Source: Vicinamibacterales bacterium (lineage in GTDB: Bacteria; Acidobacteriota; Vicinamibacteria; Vicinamibacterales; UBA2999). From it: a stretch of 64,000 nucleotides of DNA. The stretch is from positions 131,344 to 195,343 of the forward strand of contig JBFWZN010000005.1 in NCBI GenBank assembly GCA_050185275.1. Reading direction: 5' to 3'. Of this stretch, positions 57,319-64,000 are shown piece by piece. The notes below the pieces were generated by a model. It saw only the letters and a program-made list of their open reading frames with translations. It made no database searches and was not told the origin of the DNA. The number at the start of each line of letters is the position of its first letter. The first letter of the stretch is position 1. The position numbers were made by a program, and so were the translations under genes.

Positions 57319-58701
57319 AGTTCACTTCTTCGCTTCATCGTGGCGGTCAGCATCCTCGCCCTGATCATCGTGGGCGTCGGCTGGATCTCGGCCGGACGGG
57401 CGGCCGGCCCGGATATCCGCATCCGCCAACCCGGCGATTTCATCGGACAGGATACGACGCTCGATCTGGCGGTCGAGGCGCCAGATGGCCTGCTGTCGGC
57501 GCTGGATGTCACGGTGGAGCAGGGCGGCACATCCTTTCCGGTGTACTCGCTCAACGCCCCGCTGAACGAGGGAGCGACCCAGGACTCGGCTGAGAGCCTC
57601 TACGTAATGCGACCCATCGGCAGGAGCGCAATCGCCGATCTCCGCACCGGGGACGCACGCATCGTGGTGCGGGCGGCCCGGCCGGTCCTGTACGGGTTCC
57701 GGCAGGCCGAATCGGTGGTCACCAAGGACGTGCAGGTCCGACTCGAGCCCCCGCAGGTGACCGTGCTTTCCACGTTCCACTACGTCAACCACGGCGGCGC
57801 GGAACTGGTGGTGTACCGTGTCGGGCCGGACGACGTCACCTCGGGCGTGCGGGTGGGCGAGCATACGTATCCCGGCTACCCGGGTTCGGCGGCCGGACTC
57901 GGCGGCGACGCCGGGGTGCGGGTGGCGTTCTTCGCGCTCCTGCACGATCAGGATCTCGCCACGCCCATCGAGGTGGTGGCGGAGGACCCGGCGGGCAACA
58001 CGACCGCCGTCCCACTCGACCATCGGGTCTTTCCGAAGGCGTTCGCGCGCAGCCGGATCACCATCGACGATCGTTTTCTGTCGCGCGTGATACCGGCCAT
58101 GGCCGCCGCCAATCCCGACCTGAATCTGGCCACTGCGCCGGAGGCCCTGGTCGACTCCTTCCTCCGCGTCAACCGGGACCTCAGGCGCGAGAACAACCAG
58201 ACGCTGGTGGAACTGGCGGGCAGGACGGCGTCCGAGATGTTCTGGCGGGATGCGTTCCAGCCTCTCGGCAACGCATCGGTGGAAGCCGGGTTTGCCGACT
58301 ATCGCACCTACCTGCACGACGGCGAGGAGATCGACCAGCAGGTGCATCTCGGCTTCGACCTGGCGGTGACGGCGCAGGTGCCGATCACGGCTGCGCAGCG
58401 CGGGCGTGTGCTCCACGCCGGCAATCTCGGCATCTACGGCACCGCGGTCGTCCTCGATCACGGACTGGGCGTGCAGTCGCTGTATGCCCATCTGTCGTCG
58501 GTCGGCGTCGCCCCCGACGAGCTGGTGGACAAGGGCGCCGTCATCGGACGCAGCGGCATGACCGGACTGGCCGCCGGCGACCACCTGCACTTCACCGTGC
58601 TGCTCCAGGGCCAGGCCGTGAACCCGGTGGAATGGTGGGATCCAAAGTGGATCCAGGACCGGGTGCTCCGGAAGCTCGACGAGGCAGGCCGCGTGAGATA
58701 A
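57316..58701 (+). CDS. Membrane-anchored M23-family (LytM-type) metallopeptidase
   Basis: N-terminal TM FIVAVSILALIIVGVGW. The C-terminal HLGFDLA...GTAVVLDHGLGVQSLYAHLS...GDHLHFTV matches the HxxxD...HxH M23 motifs. Confidence 0.85.
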   Translation: MSSLLRFIVAVSILALIIVGVGWISAGRAAGPDIRIRQPGDFIGQDTTLDLAVEAPDGLLSALDVTVEQGGTSFPVYSLNAPLNEGATQDSAESLYVMRPIGRSAIADLRTGDARIVVRAARPVLYGFRQAESVVTKDVQVRLEPPQVTVLSTFHYVNHGGAELVVYRVGPDDVTSGVRVGEHTYPGYPGSAAGLGGDAGVRVAFFALLHDQDLATPIEVVAEDPAGNTTAVPLDHRVFPKAFARSRITIDDRFLSRVIPAMAAANPDLNLATAPEALVDSFLRVNRDLRRENNQTLVELAGRTASEMFWRDAFQPLGNASVEAGFADYRTYLHDGEEIDQQVHLGFDLAVTAQVPITAAQRGRVLHAGNLGIYGTAVVLDHGLGVQSLYAHLSSVGVAPDELVDKGAVIGRSGMTGLAAGDHLHFTVLLQGQAVNPVEWWDPKWIQDRVLRKLDEAGRVR

Positions 58702-58822
58702 TTCCGGGGTCCGAGCCCACCATGCACTGCCAGGTTCCCTCAGCTATCGTGACCCGCGGGTGCCCGGCCATCCGAGGAACATTCGCCCCGTATCGGGCTC
58801 CTTGGGCCGGGGGCACCGCGTG

Positions 58823-59752
58823 ATGAAGGCGGGAGCACGGGCAGCAACCGTCGGCGTGACGGCGGCAGGGTCCATCAGCCATGGGCGGCGCACCGCAGAT
58901 CTCATCGAACTCACCAAGCCCCGGCTGAACCTGCTCGTGCTCGTGACGACGCTGGCTGGCATGTACCTGGCCGCGCCGTCCGGTGTACCCGCCCTGCTGG
59001 TGCTCCATACGCTCGTGGGTACTGCGCTCGTGGCGGGAGGCGCCGCAGCGCTGAACCAGGTGTGGGAGCGGTCGACCGACAGCCTGATGCGTCGCACCCG
59101 CTCGCGGCCGGTCCCGGCGGGCCGGGTACGCCCGGCGCACGGCACGGGCTTCGGAGTGGCCCTGTCGGCGGCGGGGCTCGCCCAACTCACGCTCGGCGTG
59201 AACGCAGTGGCCGCCGCGGTGGCCGCCCTCACCCTCGTGAGCTATGTGCTCTTCTACACGCCGCTCAAGCGGTACACCTCCCTGGCGACGCTCGTCGGCG
59301 CGGTCCCGGGGGCGCTGCCTCCCGTCATCGGCTGGGCGGCGGGCGCGGGCAGCGTCTCCGAGCCCGCCCTCGTCCTCTTCGGCATCGTGTTCTTCTGGCA
59401 GATGCCGCACTTCCTCGCCCTCGCGTGGATGTACCGCGACGATTACGCGGCGGCCGGCATCCCGCTGCTCCCGGTCATCGAGCGCGATGGGCGCCGCACC
59501 GGCCGGCAGGCCCTGTTGTACGCGGCGGCGCTCTGGCCCGTGAGTCTGCTTCCGGCGGTGGTCGGCCTGGCCGGTGTGTTCTACAGCAGCGTGGCTACCG
59601 TGCTCGGCGTGATCTTCATCGCCCTGGCGGGACAGTTCGCGAACGAGCGTTCCATGGCCGCAGCCCGTCGACTGTTCCTCGCCTCGATCACCTACCTCCC
59701 GCTCCTGTGGGGCGCGCTCGTCGCCGACCGCGTCTGGTTGTCGGCGCCTTAG
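58823..59752 (+). CDS. ctaB: Protohaem IX farnesyltransferase (haem O synthase)
   Basis: LTKPRLNLLVL..., ALNQVWERSTDSLMRRTRSRP and UbiA-family Asp-rich motifs. Trimmed to ATG 58823. Confidence 0.88.
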   Translation: MKAGARAATVGVTAAGSISHGRRTADLIELTKPRLNLLVLVTTLAGMYLAAPSGVPALLVLHTLVGTALVAGGAAALNQVWERSTDSLMRRTRSRPVPAGRVRPAHGTGFGVALSAAGLAQLTLGVNAVAAAVAALTLVSYVLFYTPLKRYTSLATLVGAVPGALPPVIGWAAGAGSVSEPALVLFGIVFFWQMPHFLALAWMYRDDYAAAGIPLLPVIERDGRRTGRQALLYAAALWPVSLLPAVVGLAGVFYSSVATVLGVIFIALAGQFANERSMAAARRLFLASITYLPLLWGALVADRVWLSAP

Positions 59753-59756
59753 GACC

Positions 59757-60173
59757 ATGGAACTGGCCGATCTTCCCGCGCTGAACGCCGTCCTCAACGG
59801 GATGGCCGGGGCACTGCTCCTGACTGGCTACCTCTTCATACGCCGGGGAGATCAGCGCAACCACATGCGCTGCATGCTCGGAGCCCTGGCCATGTCGGCA
59901 CTGTTCCTGGTGTCATACGTGATCTACCACGCGAACGTCGGCTCCCGGCCGTTCCCCGGCGAGGGCCTGATTCGTGTGGTCTACTTCGTGATCCTGATTT
60001 CGCACGTGGTGCTGGCGGCCCTCATCGTACCGCTGGCGCTCGTGACTGCGCGCAGGGGCTGGCGGGAGCAGTTCGACCGGCACGTGCGGGTGGCCCGGTG
60101 GACGTTTCCCCTGTGGATGTACGTGTCGGTCACCGGCGTCGTGATCTATCTCATGCTGTATCAGCTGTACTGA
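59757..60173 (+). CDS. DUF420-family membrane protein (cytochrome-oxidase-associated)
   Basis: LPALNAVLNGMAGALLLTGYLFIRRG...H..CML with four TM segments. Positioned after ctaB, as is typical. Confidence 0.7.
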   Translation: MELADLPALNAVLNGMAGALLLTGYLFIRRGDQRNHMRCMLGALAMSALFLVSYVIYHANVGSRPFPGEGLIRVVYFVILISHVVLAALIVPLALVTARRGWREQFDRHVRVARWTFPLWMYVSVTGVVIYLMLYQLY

Positions 60174-60245
60174 CGGGACGGGAACCCGGTGTACCGGCTA
60201 CGGTAAGATGAATCCCTTCCTCGACAGCCTGCGGTGGAGGCGACT

Positions 60246-60995
60246 ATGACGGCTCGACGTGCGATCCTCGGGGTGGCCCTGGCCCTGACCCTGGCCGCGC
60301 CGTCGCACGCGCAGACGGCGCGTGTGGCGGGAATCGTCCGGAGCACGACGGGGCAACCCGTGCCAGGCGCCATCGTGCAGGCGGACAACGAAGACCGTGG
60401 CCCCCGGCAGGTGACGTCGACGACGGATGCCAAGGGGCGCTTCGGCATGATTGGGCTGAGCGGCGGCACCGTGTGGACGTTCGTCGTCAGTGCCCCGGGC
60501 TTCCAGACGCTTGTCGCGCCCATGACCGTGCGGACGGGCAACCCCGGCAACTTCGCGTTCAGGCTGGCTCCGGCGCCAGAGCCTCCCGGAGGCACCCTCC
60601 CGAACGACATCGCCGATCGAATCACCGAGGCTGGAGCGCTGGCAGAGGCAGGACGCCACGCCGAAGCCGCGGCGGCATTCGAGCGCCTCCACCGCGACAG
60701 CCCCACGTTGACGATGATGGGGATGGTGCTCGGAGGGCTCTACCGCGAGCAGGCGCGCACCACGGCAAACGTCGAGGAACGTGCGGCCCTCCTGGCGCGC
60801 GCGGTCGATGCCTATGGGGACGTGCTGGAGGCCGACACGGCCTACGAGCGCGCACGGCTCGGCCTCGTGTTTGCGCACCTCGAAGCGGGCGACACCGCCG
60901 CTGCCCGGGCGGCCCTCGCCGAGGCGGCCCGTCTCAACCCGACGAGTCCGGGCGTCGCGGAGGCCGAGGCCGCCCTGCGCCGGGCGGGTCAGTAA
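60246..60995 (+). CDS. Secreted CarboxypepD_reg-like domain plus TPR protein
   Basis: GGAGG lies 5 nt upstream of ATG 60246. Signal peptide ...APSHAQ, then GIVRSTTGQPVPGAIVQA...TDAKGRFGMIGL, then TPR-like helices. Confidence 0.7.
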   Translation: MTARRAILGVALALTLAAPSHAQTARVAGIVRSTTGQPVPGAIVQADNEDRGPRQVTSTTDAKGRFGMIGLSGGTVWTFVVSAPGFQTLVAPMTVRTGNPGNFAFRLAPAPEPPGGTLPNDIADRITEAGALAEAGRHAEAAAAFERLHRDSPTLTMMGMVLGGLYREQARTTANVEERAALLARAVDAYGDVLEADTAYERARLGLVFAHLEAGDTAAARAALAEAARLNPTSPGVAEAEAALRRAGQ

Positions 60996-61025
60996 CTTTC
61001 CGAGCTGCCAGGCACGTCCGGACTG

Positions 61026-63161
61026 ATGCCCCATCGCTCCTCAAGGGTCACGAGCCGTTGGCAGGCCACGCTCATCCTGGCCCTCTTCGGCCTGGCCGTC
61101 GTGACCTCAGCCGTCGTGGGCTGGCGCTATGCGAGGCGTTCGTCTCCACATCTGGGACCGCTCGTCCTTCTGTCCGTGGACGGCCTGCGCACCGAACGCC
61201 TCGCGGCCTATGGCGGTGGCGACGGTACCACGCCGGCCCTCGATGCCCTGGCCGCCGAGAGTCTGGTGTTCGAGCGGGCCTACGCCCACACCACACAGAC
61301 GCTTCCATCGCACGCCTCCCTCTTCACCGGCACGCTCCCCCCTGCGCACGGGGTGCGGAACGACGTGGGGTTCTCCCTTGGGCGTGAGGCCCGGACGCTG
61401 GCCGAACTGCTCGACGCCCGGGGCTTCGCCACGGGAGGCGCGGTCTCCTCGCCCCTGCTTGGGCCGGAGAGCGGGCTGAACCAGGGGTTCACGACTTATG
61501 AAGCCGGCATCGAGGCCGATGCGGCAACGGGCCCCCTCACGACGATGCGGGACGGCGAGCTGACGATCGACGCCATCGAGCCCTGGGTGGAGGAGCAGCA
61601 GGACCAACGGTTCTTCCTCTTCGCGCACGTGGATGCCGGACCGGCAGATGCCGCACTGGGGCGGCTGGTCGATCTCCTCAAGGACAAGGGGTTCTACGAC
61701 GACGCCACCATCCTCGTCGTCGGCGCACATGGCGACCTGAGCGGCGACGACCCGCTCGCCGAGCGTGCGGTGCGCGTCCCCCTCATCGTGAAGCAGCCGG
61801 ATGCCGCCGGAGCCGGACGGCGGATCGCCGAGCCCGTGCAGCAGGTGGACCTCGTGCCCACCATCCTGGATCTCGTGCGGGCCCCGACGCCCGATGGCCT
61901 CGCGGGCCGCTCACTGCGTGAAGTGCTCGACGGAGAGGAGCTGGAGCCACCCGCGTCCGGGATTTATTCCGAGTCGATGGCCGCTCATTTCCGGCTGGGG
62001 CGACCTCCGTATGTGGCGCTCCTTCGGGATGGGGTGCGATACGTCCGGACCGAGGACGAGCGCATCGAGGCCGTGGACGAGGCTCTGGCTGCAGTGGCGG
62101 ATCCCACGGTGCTCGGCGCGCTCAGGCAGTCAGCCGACCGCCTGCGCGCCGGGCCTGGCGCCCGTCCACAGGCCGACATCCCCGAGGCCCTGGCCGATCG
62201 CGTGGCCAGCCTGGGCTGGCTCGACATGCTGCAGCCTCCTGTCACCAGCGAGCCCGCGATGACGACGCGCGAGAGTTCGGCTTTGCTGCGCGAACTCTCC
62301 AATGCCGCGCAGCTCGCGGCCGGGCACCAGTACGGCGGGGCGGCTGAACGCCTGGGCCACGTCGTTGGTCGCTACCCCTGGCTTGCCCCGGCCTGGTACG
62401 AACTCGGCCAGGTGCTCCTGCGTGCGGGCCGAACGCCGGACGCCGTGCGGGCATTCCGCGCCGCGGCAACGGCGCGCCCCGACGATGCCGAGGCGGCCGT
62501 CGCCCTGGCCTGGGCGCTGCTCCGCGACGGGCAGCACGCGGCGGCAGCACGCGAGGGGCACCGGGCGGCCGCCCTCGCCGGCCTGACCGCGCCAGACCGT
62601 GTGGCGGCTGCCTACGAAGTGGCGGCCCGCGCGGAACTGGCCGCCGACGATCTCGCCGCTGCGCTGCGTGATGCCGCACTGGCCGACGCCGCGGACGCGG
62701 AGGGGGCCTCGATCGTCAGCCTCGTGCAGGGCCTGAACCTCCTCGATCAGGATCGCCCCGCCGACGCCCTGGAGCAGCTGCAGCCCGCGGTGGCGGCGAG
62801 CGCCGCTGCCAGGGGCCAGGAGCCGCCTCGGGACCTGTACCTCGCGTTTGCTGACGCGCTTGCGCAGGTCGGGCGCGCCGAGGACGCCGACGCGGCGTAC
62901 CGGACGCAGCTGGAGCGGTTTCCGGGAACGCCCGGCGCGTACGCCGGGCTCGCGATGCTGCACGATGCCGCGGGCCGGAGCGATCAGGTGGAACGTGCCA
63001 TCGTCGATCTGCTGGAGGACATGCCGACACCCGAGGGCTTCGCCGCGGCGGCCCGCCTCTGGACCGCGGTCGGCGAACGCGAGCGCGCCGCGCAGGTGCG
63101 GGCGGATGCGCGAGCCAGGTTCAGCGGCCGCGTGCCGGCAGCCGGCCCGGCGCCGCGCTGA
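61026..63161 (+). CDS. Sulfatase/alkaline-phosphatase-superfamily enzyme (Thr-nucleophile type) fused to C-terminal TPR repeats, N-terminal TM anchor
   Basis: LLSVDGLRTERL (metal-binding Asp), with TQTLPSHASLFTG in place of the C/S-x-P-x-R sulfatase motif. The C-terminus has multiple TPR-like repeats. Confidence 0.75.
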   Translation: MPHRSSRVTSRWQATLILALFGLAVVTSAVVGWRYARRSSPHLGPLVLLSVDGLRTERLAAYGGGDGTTPALDALAAESLVFERAYAHTTQTLPSHASLFTGTLPPAHGVRNDVGFSLGREARTLAELLDARGFATGGAVSSPLLGPESGLNQGFTTYEAGIEADAATGPLTTMRDGELTIDAIEPWVEEQQDQRFFLFAHVDAGPADAALGRLVDLLKDKGFYDDATILVVGAHGDLSGDDPLAERAVRVPLIVKQPDAAGAGRRIAEPVQQVDLVPTILDLVRAPTPDGLAGRSLREVLDGEELEPPASGIYSESMAAHFRLGRPPYVALLRDGVRYVRTEDERIEAVDEALAAVADPTVLGALRQSADRLRAGPGARPQADIPEALADRVASLGWLDMLQPPVTSEPAMTTRESSALLRELSNAAQLAAGHQYGGAAERLGHVVGRYPWLAPAWYELGQVLLRAGRTPDAVRAFRAAATARPDDAEAAVALAWALLRDGQHAAAAREGHRAAALAGLTAPDRVAAAYEVAARAELAADDLAAALRDAALADAADAEGASIVSLVQGLNLLDQDRPADALEQLQPAVAASAAARGQEPPRDLYLAFADALAQVGRAEDADAAYRTQLERFPGTPGAYAGLAMLHDAAGRSDQVERAIVDLLEDMPTPEGFAAAARLWTAVGERERAAQVRADARARFSGRVPAAGPAPR

Positions 63162-63172
63162 CGCGCTCCGGC

Positions 63173-64000
63173 TCAGTCCGTCGCGCTCGTTTCCGGCTCG
63201 GCGGGGTGCACCGCCATGATGGCCAGCCCCACGGCGCTCCAGCCGAGATTGCGGACCTTTCGCACGACCGCGAGCGACACACCCGCCACAGGGTCCACGG
63301 CGATGAGGGGGGCAACGGCTCCCGACAGGGCCTCATCGATGCCTATGCGGAACGGCACGAACTTGAACGCCACCGTCACGAACCTGTTCACCGTCTCGAA
63401 GATCGTGGCCTGCACGAACGTGGGGCTGTCGTTGCCGAGCAGCCACCGCAGGGTGAGGTAGACCTCGAGCACCGCCACCGCGTGAAACAGGAGATCCACA
63501 CCGAAGACCGCCCAGAGAGACGCCCCGCGTTGCGTGGTGAAGGTCACCACGTCGGTCCGCCAGCGGGCCAGCCTGTCACGCCACGACGGGCGGGCGCCCC
63601 GCTGTGGATCCCAGGTTCCCTTGAGCAGGCGGAGGGCAACCGCCGGGGCAGCGAGCAGCGCCAGCAGTCCCGCGACTCCCAGTCCCCGCCAGCCTGGTGG
63701 CAGCGGAACGGTCGCGAGGGCCACGGCGATGCCGGCGCCGAGCATCGCCGCCACCGACAGGGCGTAGATCAGGTTCTCGAGCGCGAGCGACGCCACCGAC
63801 TCACGGGGAGCCAGGTGGTGACGCGTGAGGAACACCTTGGTGGGTTCGCTGGCAAGCAGCCCCAGCGGCGTGATGCTGCCGGCGGCATCGCCGGCCAGAA
63901 ACGCCGACAACGCCCGCGGCAGACCGAGCCGCGCGGACGGCGCCATGCACAGCCGCCAGGCCATGGCACGAAGCAGGAAGCGAACACCGGCCAGCAGCAG
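63173..64000 (-). CDS. Lysylphosphatidylglycerol-synthase-TM-region-like (UPF0104/flippase-like) membrane protein, N-terminus off the right edge
   Basis: Multi-TM. GDAAGSITPLGLLASEPTKV and FKFVPFRIGIDE resemble PF03706-type proteins. The reading frame stays open to the window end. Confidence 0.6.
   Translation of the reverse strand: MLLAGVRFLLRAMAWRLCMAPSARLGLPRALSAFLAGDAAGSITPLGLLASEPTKVFLTRHHLAPRESVASLALENLIYALSVAAMLGAGIAVALATVPLPPGWRGLGVAGLLALLAAPAVALRLLKGTWDPQRGARPSWRDRLARWRTDVVTFTTQRGASLWAVFGVDLLFHAVAVLEVYLTLRWLLGNDSPTFVQATIFETVNRFVTVAFKFVPFRIGIDEALSGAVAPLIAVDPVAGVSLAVVRKVRNLGWSAVGLAIMAVHPAEPETSATD

Overview
High-G+C (about two-thirds G+C by eye) chromosomal segment, densely coding on both strands. 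I call about 52 protein genes and one tRNA-Glu(CUC). There is no rRNA, CRISPR array, transposase, integrase or phage gene. The gene content suggests an Acidobacteriota-like organism (inference only): a TIGR03436-type VWFA protein, three TonB-dependent or CarboxypepD_reg-type outer-membrane proteins, a PEP-CTERM protein and TPR-fused envelope enzymes. Most genes are housekeeping, envelope or stress functions: TetR plus TolC-like efflux, Sir2, a GT9 heptosyltransferase, an M14 peptidase, xthA, an acyl desaturase, an HK/RR pair, htpX, msrA, a pseudouridine synthase, phoD, ppk1, a MATE pump, a DsbA lipoprotein, cyaY, cytochrome b561, a cytochrome-c/PQQ dehydrogenase with a CHRD partner, ctaB and DUF420. 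Many long ORFs in the six-frame track are antisense or high-GC artefacts, and I trimmed several N-terminal extensions. Four loci look least ordinary. (1) At 50.1-58.7 kb, a Cys-free ArsR regulator and an ABC-F ATPase face a translationally coupled ABC-HlyD-TolC operon across a strikingly AT-rich intergenic island that contains nested ATTCA/TGAAT palindromes. The ABC protein has a Cys-less C39-like domain and, by my manual alignment, an ATPase domain missing the Q-loop Gln, the Walker-B Glu and the H-loop His. No cargo gene is visible. (2) An orphan GspE/PilB-type ATPase carries 3-4 tandem MshEN-like (c-di-GMP-binding type) motifs and is coupled to an HDOD protein, with no platform or pilin genes nearby. 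(3) A 15-bp x 7 tandem repeat lies in the cyaY-downstream intergenic region. (4) A secreted Arg/Gly/Asp/Tyr-rich protein has four internal repeats. All functional calls come from motif recognition by eye; no database search was possible.
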